Shown here one piece after another: positions 27,991 through 40,859 of a DNA stretch of 64,000 bases. This DNA comes from Eledone cirrhosa (Eukaryota). The notes below the pieces were generated by a model. That model was given only the letters and a program-made list of their open reading frames with translations. It was not told where the DNA came from and made no database searches. The position numbers and the translations under genes are program-made. The stretch is taken from NCBI GenBank assembly GCA_964016885.1, contig OZ024758.1, forward strand, positions 10,974,001 to 11,038,000, written 5' to 3'. How positions within the stretch are numbered: the first letter of the stretch is position 1; each line of letters starts with the position of its first letter.

Positions 27991-29572
27991 TTCCCTTGCT
28001 TTTATCGAGAATCTAATTGTAATACGTGACGTATTCTATTCTATAGCGATTAGGTCTTCAAAATGTTTATTATAAACATACAGAATATTTTCGAATATTC
28101 TATGTCTATATTCACATATATATCGCTATTTCAGAGCATTTATTCCAATTTCTAATTTCTGCCGGACCGGCAACCGCTCTTTCAAACCAGTTCCTGTACA
28201 CAGCTAAGTATTCTATAAGTCTCTAGCTGTGTCATTCTCGATAAAAGCACTGGATATGTAGTCCTGATGATTTCTAACGAGAATGAAACGCGTAGATTAC
28301 TTCCCTTGCTTTTATCGAGAATCTAATTGTAATACGTGACGTATTCTATTCTATAGCGATTAGGTCTTCAAAATGTTTATTATAAACATACAGAATATTT
28401 TCGAATATTCTATGTCTATATTCACATATATATCGCTATTTCAGAGCATTTATTCCAATTTCTAATTTCTGCCGGACCGGCAACCGCTCTTTCAAACCAG
28501 TTCCTGTACACAGCTAAGTATTCTATAAGTCTCTAGCTGTGTCATTCTCGATAAAAGCACTGGATATGTAGTCCTGATGATTTCTAACGAGAATGAAACG
28601 CGTAGATTACTTCCCTTGCTTTTATCGAGAATCTAATTGTAATACGTGACGTATTCTATTCTATAGCGATTAGGTCTTCAAAATGTTTATTATAAACATA
28701 CAGAATATTTTCGAATATTCTATGTCTATATTCACATATATATCGCTATTTCAGAGCATTTATTCCAATTTCTAATTTCTGCCGGACCGGCAACCGCTCT
28801 TTCAAACCAGTTCCTGTACACAGCTAAGTATTCTATAAGTCTCTAGCTGTGTCATTCTCGATAAAAGCACTGGATATGTAGTCCTGATGATTTCTAACGA
28901 GAATGAAACGCGTAGATTACTTCCCTTGCTTTTATCGAGAATCTAATTGTAATACGTGACGTATTCTATTCTATAGCGATTAGGTCTTCAAAATGTTTAT
29001 TATAAACATACAGAATATTTTCGAATATTCTATGTCTATATTCACATATATATCGCTATTTCAGAGCATTTATTCCAATTTCTAATTTCTGCCGGACCGG
29101 CAACCGCTCTTTCAAACCAGTTCCTGTACACAGCTAAGTATTCTATAAGTCTCTAGCTGTGTCATTCTCGATAAAAGCACTGGATATGTAGTCCTGATGA
29201 TTTCTAACGAGAATGAAACGCGTAGATTACTTCCCTTGCTTTTATCGAGAATCTAATTGTAATACGTGACGTATTCTATTCTATAGCGATTAGGTCTTCA
29301 AAATGTTTATTATAAACATACAGAATATTTTCGAATATTCTATGTCTATATTCACATATATATCGCTATTTCAGAGCATTTATTCCAATATATATATATA
29401 TATATACTTAGGGTAAACATTGATGCAATTCAAATCAAGCACTCAACGTACTTATTCCACATAGGAGTGACGGAGTAAATATCGACTAAGGAAAAGCAAA
29501 GTAGTTTCAGATGTTCAAGTCCTTTAATAATTAAAGGACTTGAACATCTGAAACTACTTTGCTTTTCCTTAG

Positions 29573-29635
<63 letters not shown>

Positions 29636-30197
29636 ACAATTAGATAGATAGATAAATAGATAGATATGCTGTTCCGTTATGGTTAAGATCAACGTAAAAA
29701 TGATCTAAAATGGTTTAAGTTGCATTACAACATTGAGACAATATTATTTTGAAAACACATCTCAAGTATTTAAAAATAATGTTGGAAGGATTGTTTTTGT
29801 TGCAAGCGGCCCCTACTGTGTGAAACAGAGACGGTGAACTACATTAAATTAGCTTCCTCCTAGTAAACCTATACATTCATATAATCAGATGAAATATAAA
29901 TTATATTATACCTTTTATTTCATTCTCAGCTTGATGGTATCGTGTTTCATATTAATCAATTCTTTGTTACCCAGTGTGTAATAATTAATATAATAACCAT
30001 AACACACGCACATACACTTACATGAACATGCTCACATACACACAGACACATACACAGATACACACGCGCACAGATACACGCACAGGGGCACATGTACAGG
30101 CACACACACACAGAGAGGAACACACACAGGCACATACAGAGAAGTGCACACATACGCACTGGCGCACGCGCACGCGCACACACGCACACACGCTCAC

Positions 30198-30259
<62 letters not shown>

Positions 30260-30622
30260 ACACACACGTACACACACGTACACACACATTACAGTTTGTT
30301 TAAGTAGTCGGGTCAGGGAATCAACGTTGTTAATATTACTGATCTTATTTAGCCCCCTGCTAAGATATGGAAACACTTCTGTGTTTGTCATGTTAATGTT
30401 TTGTCTTTATCACCACTACCCCGCCCCCCATCATCCTCACCACCCCACCACCACCACCACCCCATCATCAGCACCACCACATCATCAGTACCACCACCAC
30501 CACCACCATCATCATCATATATCAATTGCCGAAACCAAGAGGACATTTTTTAGTTTTTAAATAGTTTATGCAGACATATTTTGTACTATCTTGATTTCTG
30601 GTCTCCTGCGTTGCAAACTTTC

Positions 30623-30719
<97 letters not shown>

Positions 30720-30721
<2 letters not shown>

Positions 30722-30968
30722 TAATTCAAAATATTAACAAAATAGATATTCTTGTGATCAATTATATTTTATTATACATATTTCAGAGGTAATGAGTTAA
30801 GTTCAACAGTACGTCCTCATCAGATAAAATAAAATGATACATGACATACCCTGACATATTTTATCTGATGAGGACGTACTGTTGAACTTAACTCACTACC
30901 TCTGAAATATGTATAATAAAATATAATTGATCACAAGAATATCTATTTTGTTAATACTTTGAATTAAT
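30720..30968. repeat. Fold-back insert, about 112-bp inverted arms with 25-bp spacer (Penelope-like terminus)
   Basis: 30720-30831 is the reverse complement of 30857-30968 with about 3 mismatches. It abuts (CA)n on the left, and the insert runs to (TA)n at about 31065. Confidence 0.8.
30856..30924 (+). ncRNA. Type I hammerhead ribozyme motif (inverted twin at 30764-30831 on -)
   Basis: atattttat CTGATGA gga..gta..gttgaacttaac..tac.tct GAAA tatgta TA ataaaatat. 9-bp stem I, near-palindromic stem III, AUA triplet. Confidence 0.65.
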
Positions 30969-31081
30969 ATTAATAACTTTGGAAAACATTTTTTTGTTGA
31001 GTGCTTCCAATCTATTGTAAAACTCATTCTTTGATGTATTCATTGAACCTTGTTTAACTCTTTAATATATATATATAAATT

Positions 31082-31112
<31 letters not shown>

Positions 31113-31653
31113 GTCTTAGACAGGAACAAAAACAGAGAGGCAGTACAAATATGAGTTTATTAGGCTTGTGAGAGGGGGGGGGGTCCGAGCGGGGAGGCCT
31201 GAAGGTGGTGTTTGTGTAGGTGTATGTGTGTGTGCGTGTGTATGTGAATGTGAGAGTTGGGGGAAGAACGAGGTTCCATGTTCAGGAAAAAGGGGAACAT
31301 GGTGTGTGCGTGCGTGTGGATGGAAAGGGGGTCAGAGGGTGTGGGAGGGAGGGGTGCGTGTGGATTCCTGAGGCTGAGTGTGTGTATATGTGGGGATACG
31401 CACGTATGTGTTTGTGTTTGTATGTGGTGTGGATGTAGGTGGCGTGGTTAAAAAAAAAATGTGAGTGTTTGTTCATGGGTATGTTCCTAAAGTAGTTCCG
31501 TGGAGTGTGCGATCAGATGTAGGATGTGGTTACTCCTTGTTTGCCTCTATTGTTTATTACCAGTAATTACCAGTACTATACATATTAGAGAATCTCCATT
31601 TGTGTCAATTTTATGGGAACAAGAAAATTAGACCACCACATATTTCATATAAT

Positions 31654-31829
31654 TGTTTCTACTTTTGGCACAAGGCCAGCAATTATCCTAGTGTATTACT
31701 AGTACTTTATTTTATCGACCCCGTAAGGATGAAAGGCAAAGTTAACCTCGGCGGGATTTGAACTCAGAATGGCTAGGGCCGTAACTCTAAGCGTCAAAGC
31801 ATGGCGTCCGACCCTCTACCGATACTGCC
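31654..31829 (-). mobile_element. SINE family 1 with 12-bp TSD
   Basis: Same consensus; TSD atttcatataat at 31642 and 31830. Confidence 0.88.
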
Positions 31830-31866
31830 ATTTCATATAATGAAAAATATCAGGTCATTTCTTTCC

Positions 31867-31897
<31 letters not shown>

Positions 31898-32075
31898 ATT
31901 TATATTTATTGGAATATCTGTAGGAAAATTAAAAGAAAATAATAGTGGATCTACATACATTATCTACTTTAATAATACGTTGTGAAATATAAATAATTCA
32001 ATATCCTCTCGGTAAATGTTATTATAAGATGGATACAATATTAGAACGCATACACATAGTTATGCGTACATATAT

Positions 32076-32131
<56 letters not shown>

Positions 32132-33363
32132 GTATATTGGTGTGTGTATGTAAGAATAGCCAACAATATATATGGAACAATTAAATGGAGACAACAAAGC
32201 AAACAACACCATAAGGAAATATATTATTTTAACGCTTGGTATTGTAAGAAAAGAGTTATTATATTTCGGTCAGTAGTCCTTCATCAGAAGGTAGAATCAG
32301 AAATAAAAAATGAAATGAAAAAAAAAAAAGATAGTGAGAAGAGGAAAAAACGGGGAGAAAATAATTTAAGAAAACATTTAGTCAGCTATTTTGGAGAAAT
32401 TTTGGTCATTGTAAGAATGCCACAAATTCACGCAAATGATTTGAATTAAAGAAACAAGAATTTATAACTTTAATAGTTCCGAATACTTCAGGAGAATCGG
32501 GATAAGTCAGTAATCGACATGGTTTCAATACCGAGTTCAAGGTCTTCAAAAACTCTTTCATTGATAACACTCATGAACTTCTAATCTTAACTCTAAACCG
32601 CTATAAACACAATGTTATATAAGAAATCAATAGTGGATTTTCATTGGTTAAAGAACCAAATAACTTCTTAAATGCAATCCTTGCTTTGTATCTGATGTAA
32701 TCCTACTGTATTTAGAAACTAAACGACAGGACGAATCTAGGGATATTGGTTCATTCCGTTCAATTATACACAACAACTATATATATATATATATATTATA
32801 TATATATATACATATATAATATATAAATATATATACATACATGTATATATTGATGTATATATACACAGATATATATATGTTTGTATATATATATGTGTGT
32901 ATGTGTGTGTGTATATATGTATGTGTGTGTGTATATATATGTGTGTGTGTGTGTATATATATATGTGTGTGAATATATATATGTGTATGTATGTGTGTAT
33001 GTATGTATACTTTCCGTTGAGAGCTAGAGCGATTCATGAAGGTTACATGTACTTGTTTATGTGACGTATATACGTCAGTAATATGTAAATGATTTGTTTA
33101 ATGGAAGACGTTTGTGTAATTTGGAGTAAATCCCTCTCCTGCCTTGGTTTCCATTGTATAGAAAATCGGGAAATATCTCATAATTCTATACAAATACAGA
33201 GATAAGGTATCGACCAGTGTATAAATAGACAAGTTTATACAGGAACATCATGTGTTTGTCTTACCACCTCTCCTTATATATATATATGTGTGTGTGTGTA
33301 TATTTATATATATATATTATATATATATATATGTGTGTGTATATTTATATATATATATATATA

Positions 33364-33410
<47 letters not shown>

Positions 33411-33432
33411 ATAGTGTATATTTATATATATA

Positions 33433-33475
<43 letters not shown>

Positions 33476-33490
33476 TTTCTCTCTTTCTCC

Positions 33491-33569
<79 letters not shown>

Positions 33570-33593
33570 TTTCTCTCTTTCGCATAAATATAA

Positions 33594-33630
<37 letters not shown>

Positions 33631-33645
33631 TTTCTCTCTTTCTCC

Positions 33646-33695
<50 letters not shown>

Positions 33696-33802
33696 CTATT
33701 GGTTAAGTTTTGTTACATCTGATAATGTATACTCCGTCTGTTTCGAGTGTGAACATTCGCTCTTTGTATCAACTGATCATTAGACATTAATTAAGGTGTA
33801 AC

Positions 33803-33986
33803 GGGCGGTGAATTGGCAAGTATCGGTAGAGGGTCGGACATGCTTCCCAGCATAGTTACGTCCCTTTACGATCTGAGTTCAAATCTCGCCGAGGTTAACT
33901 TTGCCTTTCATCCTTACGGGGTCGATAAAATAAAGTACCTGTAATGTACTGGGACAATTGCTGGCCTTGTGCCAAAAGTAGAAACA
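33803..33986 (+). mobile_element. tRNA-derived SINE, family 1, with 17-bp TSD
   Basis: A-box-like ttggcaagtatcgg, B-box gagttcaaatc, core gcctttcatccttacggggtcgataaaataaagtacc. TSD attaattaaggtgtaac at 33786 and 33987. Confidence 0.9.
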
Positions 33987-34308
33987 ATTAATTAAGGTGT
34001 AACTGTTTCGGTGTTCCATAGACACGTGTATTCTAAACGTAATACTCAGGGAGAATCAGCATGACCTAATATATGACAAAGCTGAACCATTAAAATACAG
34101 TTTCAATCCATACGATGAGCTTCTGCGTAGTTTCCGTCTGCCAAAAATGCCACATAGTTTCATCGAAAACAACATCACATAATTGCCAAGAATCTTCTTG
34201 ACCACTCAATCCATACTTTGTCCATACGTATATGTAGGTATACATCCATTCAACATGTTTTATGGATATATACCTACATATACGTATGGACAAAGTATAT
34301 ATATTTTT

Positions 34309-34344
<36 letters not shown>

Positions 34345-34970
34345 GGATTTATTTGCTCTACGGTTCTTATATATTTGATATATATTTATCCTTATCGAGC
34401 CCTCTTTGGATTTTAGTCTTCAAATTTATTATTATATGCGTTGATACGCCCGAAACCCCAGCAGACAACTATAGAGGGGACAACTATAGAGGGGACTGTC
34501 TCTTGTTAGGGCTTGCCTTTTATTTCTAAATACACTTTATAATATATATATATATAATATATATATATATAATATATATATTATATATATATATATAATA
34601 TATATATAATATATATATAATATATATATATATAATATATATATTATATATATATATATAATATATATATAATATATATATAATATATATATATATAATA
34701 TATATATAATATATATAATATATATAATATATATTATATATATAATATATATATATAATATATATATATAATATATATAATATATATATATATATAATAT
34801 ATATATATATATAATATACGTTATTCCGGGTTGAATCGGAGGTAACCACAGTAAGTAAGGTACTCAATACATTAAGTGTTAATTGAACAAGTACTTTCAT
34901 ACTTTCGCAATCTTCAGGTTCATATTCTGTGGTGACAGTCAAGTTTGCAATTATATATATATATATATAT

Positions 34971-35151
34971 ATAATTATTTCTACTTTTGGCACAAGGCCA
35001 GCAATTATACAGTGTATTACTGGTACTTTATTTTATCGACCCCGTAAGGATGAAAGACAAAGTTAACCTGGGCGGGATTTGAACTCAGAGCGTAAAGGGA
35101 CGTAACTCTATGCTGCAAAGCATGGTGTCCGACTCTCTACCGATACTGCCA
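34971..35151 (-). mobile_element. SINE family 1
   Basis: Near full-length match. Confidence 0.88.
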
Positions 35152-36439
35152 AATATATATAATGTGTATGTGTGTGTGTGTGCGAAGGTGTATATGTGTG
35201 TGTATGTGTGCGGGTATATGCATGTGTGTCTGTTGTGAAAATATGTTAAGATACTGCCACATAGTTTTAAGGTCTGGTGGGTAATTTAGTTTATTAAAAC
35301 CTACAGCCGCCATTGAGAATTTATGTAAGAATTTTACCATTGTGATCATTGAACTCTTCCAAACTGTGTACACTCAAAATTATTGCTTTTCATTCTAAAA
35401 TGCTATCGGCTGAGAAAGTCTGAACTTTTGCAATTAGCTGTTCATTGTTTAGTTTTCCTTGAAAATAAACTTTGCTGCTAGTAAAACATAACACGGAACG
35501 GTCTTCCGTCGGTTTCGACAGTAAGTGTTCTACTTGTGTCATCCTCGGAACAATCTACTCAATGAAATTTACTTCTAAGGAAAAACAAAATAATCCACGT
35601 GTATGGGAATATCCTTAAATTAATTCTCATGGGGATTGAATGTTACACCGTCTTGTGGTTACAAATATGGAGATTTGAGTTACAGATACAGCCCAGTCAG
35701 TCCATCAGGCGGGGGCTTCTTAACCGTTTCATTCCCAGGGCTTGCGTTGTCACGAGGGAGGCTATCTTAAATTACACTTGCCCAAAATATCATGAAGCTC
35801 AATCAAACACAATATTTGATGTAGTATGGCCGAGTGGTTAAGAGTAATCTTCTTAACCACTCGGCCATACTACATCAAATTTTCTGTTTGTATTTCTGAA
35901 GTGACCTCAACACCACAACACTTTGAAACACAGAACCAGCTTTGTTTGGTGGTCTGACCTAGAACCCTCAGAGCGAGGTTTTTGTTATATTGGATGTCAC
36001 TTGGCAAATGGTACAATGCTTTTAGACAAAGAAGCTAATTAGCTTACCTGGCGGTGAGTTTACATTGCTATATTTACCACCTCCACAAACACACACTGAT
36101 TTGCCTACACTCACTCACCCATCCACTAATCTCTCTCTCTCTCTCTCTCTCTCTCAATATATATATATATATATATATATACATATGTGTGTGTGCGCAC
36201 ACACGGTTGCAAATGCATATTCATACAGTTACACACACACACACACGTTATATATGGATAAAGACTGCCCTGTTTTATGGTCTTGCCGGTCTTGAAAGCG
36301 TGAAAAATTCATATACACATATGTAGGTAGGAAGGTAGGTATATAGGTATTTAAAATCATATATATCAACACCTATATACAATATTCGATCATTAATATA
36401 TGAAATGATATTAGGTATGAAAAATGTTTTTGTGTATAC

Positions 36440-36496
<57 letters not shown>

Positions 36497-36892
36497 TAAA
36501 TTTCTTTAAGTCGTTTGGAAGCCTCGACAATGCAAATGGGTAAATCTCCGGGTAACAAGATCCGGTGGTGGAGAGAGAGATGTAAGTGGGTGTACGTTGA
36601 GATGCGTGGCGTGTATAAGACTGTAGTGTGTAGAGGAATGAAGGAAAGAGCGTAAAGGATAAAAATAAAAATAACAACACGAGAGAGAGTTACCTTGGGA
36701 GAGATTTAATTGTCCCTATATATTTCGGATTCACATCTATCAACTGGGGGTATTTTCCGGGGTGGGGGAAAGGTTGTCTGTCGGAAAGGTGTGAAACGTG
36801 TCCTCCGCTGTTCGTTGTTTTGAATATCGGCTTCCAAACCACTTAAAGAAATTTACCTTATTATTCCACAATGCTTCAAGCAAACTTCAATA

Positions 36893-36962
<70 letters not shown>

Positions 36963-37361
36963 TTATATATATATATATTCCAAGATATTAATAAATGGAA
37001 ACTATATTTATAAAACCATATTTATTTTATTATATATCTTGGTGCGCTTTCATCAGATAAAATACAAAATTTGTTTTATAAATAACGACATACCCATGGA
37101 AATCAACCTTAACGGTCGGAAATTCGCTGGAGAGTAAATAAATATGGTTTTATAAATATAGTTTCCACTTATTAATATCTTGGAATATTTACTCCAGTAA
37201 ACTATTGAGTGCTCTATATCAGTTATAAACATTTATGTTTGTCGGAATTCCAACAAATTAAATACAACTTCTACACACATATATATATATAAATTAAAAA
37301 ATATATTTTCTAATTTCAAACTCGCTCACTGTTTCAAAACATACTTACTTGATATATATAA

Positions 37362-37393
<32 letters not shown>

Positions 37394-37639
37394 CTGTATA
37401 TGAGATTGTGTTTGTGTGTGTGCATCAATATACATGTATATGTGTCTGTGTGTGTATATTTATATACAATAAACCGGGTAAAACACCGAAGGTGGTGAAC
37501 CTGTCTGGCTATTGTCCAATGATTATCGAAAAGAGAAAAATAATAAAAGAATGTATTGTGTGTATATAAACATATATATACACGGCGTGTATTCCTAATA
37601 AACTCACACATATATATATATATAAATATATATATGTGG

Positions 37640-37717
<78 letters not shown>

Positions 37718-37990
37718 GGATATGTATGTGTAGGTAGATATAGATATATATATGTGTGTATATATGTGTATGTATACATTTATCTGTGTGTATACATATG
37801 TATGTGTATGTATACATTTATCTGTGTGTATATATATGTATGTGTATGTATACATATATCTGTATGTATATATATATATAGTTAGATATGTGTGTGTAGA
37901 TAGATAGCTATAGATATATATGTGTATATATATATATATATATATGTATACATATATATGCATGTATGTATATGTATACATATATATATA

Positions 37991-38030
<40 letters not shown>

Positions 38031-38442
38031 TATGTATATATATATAGTTAGATATGTATGTAGGTAGATAGATATAGATATATGTGTATATATATATGTA
38101 TGTATATATATGTGTGTATATATATGTATGTATATGTGTGTATATATATGTATGTATATGTGTGTATATATATGTATGTATATGTGTGTATACATATGTA
38201 TGTATATGTGTGTATACATATGTATGTATATGTGTGTATACATATGTATGTATATGTGTGTATACATATGTATGTATATGTGTGTATATATATGTGTATG
38301 TATATGTATACATATATATGTATGTATTTGTATACATATATATGTCTGTATGTATATATATATATATATAATTAGACGTGTGTAGGTAGATAGATATAGA
38401 TATATGTGTGTATATATATGTATGTATAAGTATACATATACA

Positions 38443-38501
<59 letters not shown>

Positions 38502-38547
38502 TCACCATTCAATGTCTATTTTCCACGCTAGCATGGGTTAGACAAAT

Positions 38548-38635
<88 letters not shown>

Positions 38636-38950
38636 CCCATCTCCTGCTGGTGTTTTATCAGACGTTTCCATCGTTTAGAAAAACAACACCAACTTAGTTC
38701 TTGGTGCAAGAAGCCCAAATACAGCCTGTGTGTGCCTTGAATCTACAGGAAGGAAATACATTTATGTCCGATTAGTTTCATTCTAACACACCAGGAAAAG
38801 ATATTGTTTATTAGATGTATGAGGATAGTAGACATCTGACTTCCAAACTTCCTTCAGCTATACTTGTTGGTCATCAGATTTATTCAGATATATGTGTTAG
38901 TTAAATATTTCACCAATGTCCTATTTTGGTTTATTGGCTCTCTGCATGTG

Positions 38951-38989
<39 letters not shown>

Positions 38990-39043
38990 TAAACAAATAA
39001 TGAATAAAACAATGAAACAGTTCCTTATATTAAACAAAAAAAG

Positions 39044-39198
39044 TTCATTATTTAACGATCGTTTCTAGGATATATATGTGTTAGAATTGGCATGCATACT
39101 CAACAGATCTATGTACAAAATTATACAAAATTATACAAACTATCAAGATTAAATATACATACCAAACACACATATATGCCGTCTTCAGAAATAATGAA
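39044..39198 (-). ncRNA. Second copy of the long-stem-II hammerhead motif
   Basis: Near-identical reverse complement of 24947-25100; core and stem I unchanged. Confidence 0.68.
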
Positions 39199-39560
39199 AT
39201 ATATTTATTGATAATAACAACAATTGGACACTACCGTAAACTCTTGGTAGATTTATCTACATATATATATATATATATATATTCTCTCGTTCACGATTTC
39301 ACCGAACTTAAATTCATAGAAATCTGGGACTTGTCTCTTTCTTCCTCACTTTCTGTTGCTTCACCATTTTGTTTGTTTACCCCCCCCCCCGCGTCCCCTT
39401 TATATACGTGTCCCAACGACTTTTTTTTAGCCGTTGCTCGCACCAACCGGAGGTATATGGTCTTTAAAGCGATGAAATGCCTATGATGGTTGGAAGATCA
39501 CTGATGAAGGACAAACTTTTTTCATATGTAACCCATTTGCAACTCTGCAGCGCCCTTATT

Positions 39561-39609
<49 letters not shown>

Positions 39610-39828
39610 TTGTTCAAAAGTATTGTAGCTTGCAAAACTCTATGGACAAATTGAAAGGAACTGTGTATGCCGGCCATTTCGACAGCTAGATCCGAACTCG
39701 AGCTTTCGAAACGGCCGGAGCTCAGCTGTCGGGTTGCTGACTCTTTTCCTATTACCCACTCTACTACCCTAAGTATCGAATACCCTGGTGCTTTATAGTC
39801 CACCTGGTTCCTTACCACACTTCCTTCG

Positions 39829-39888
<60 letters not shown>

Positions 39889-40573
39889 ATGTATCAGGTT
39901 TAATATAGAAATGGATTCTACAAAACTAGAACTGTTTCATTAAAAAAATCATCATCCTGTTATATATATATAGCACTTATATCATTTCTGAAAAGCTGAG
40001 TAGCAGCACAGTGAACCCCCGATAGAATTTGAATTTAGTTATGTAGATGTTCAGACGATGATGTTGTCCACCATTTGTTCTGCTCTACAGATTCTGTTAC
40101 AACTATGTCATTCGACTGATTGAATCAGTTTTGTATATAAAGTCTTCTCATAAACCTCGTTATTTATACATTGTGAAGATATTGACTCATTTCTCCAAGG
40201 TTGTAAACTTAAGTAAAATATCCAAAAGCGTAAGTAGATTATCATATGGCCTCGTGTATATTAAGGATGATAAGATTGGATATGTAGAAAACTACATTAT
40301 TCCCCAAGAAATTTCATGCAAACAAATCTGCTTAACATTTTGGTTAGTTTCTTGTTGTTTGTTTTTGTTTTTGTTATGGAATTTGGTATTTCAACTAAGA
40401 TATATTTTTATCGATGCATATATCAAATTAAAATATAATGCTTTGTTCTTCATCTTCTTCAATAATAAGTTGGTTTAGAAAATTAAACTTGGAGATTTTA
40501 GTTATTAGAGAGACAATGTAATGGAATGGAGCCAAAACAAGAGCAGATTCGATAAAAAAGATTCATTATTATA

Positions 40574-40760
40574 TGGTGGATTGGCAGCATCAGTAGAGGG
40601 TCGGACGCCATGCTTTGCAGAATAGTTCCGTCCCTTTACGGACTGAGTTCAAATCCCGCCGAGGTTAACTTTGCCTTTCATCCTTACGGGGTCGATAAAA
40701 TAAAATACCAGTAATGCACTGGGGGATTTGCTGGCCTTGTGCCAAAAGTAGAAACAATTA
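40574..40760 (+). mobile_element. SINE family 1 with TSD
   Basis: Same consensus; attattatatggtg is duplicated on both sides. Confidence 0.88.
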
Positions 40761-40859
40761 TTATATGGTGATAGCAGAAATAACATTTGTTGGAGGCAGC
40801 GTGCCGTAGATAGACGAAGAATTTTCCCGGCTCTCTGAGCTCTGATATATATATATATA

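Larger units (their letters stand above)
25321..29388. mobile_element. Retrozyme-like array: 310-bp tandem monomers, each with a hammerhead ribozyme, in two inverted arms
   Basis: Unit starts at 25321, 25631, 25941, 26251, 26561, 26871, 27181 and 27491 (period 310). Orientation flips at 27650/27651. About 7.5 units left and 5.6 right, with (TA)n on both sides and no long ORF. Confidence 0.85.

Noticed and set aside
25321-29388. CRISPR array or rDNA/5S interpretation of the 310-bp repeat
   Set aside because: There are no unique spacers, cas genes or rRNA motifs; whole units are identical and the context is eukaryotic.
33803-33900. tRNA genes at A/B-box sequences
   Set aside because: No cloverleaf. 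They are SINE heads followed by a shared core and tail, with TSDs.
39470-39530. CTGATGA preceded by a tgat/atca stem
   Set aside because: No compatible stem II, GAAA and stem III arrangement was found.
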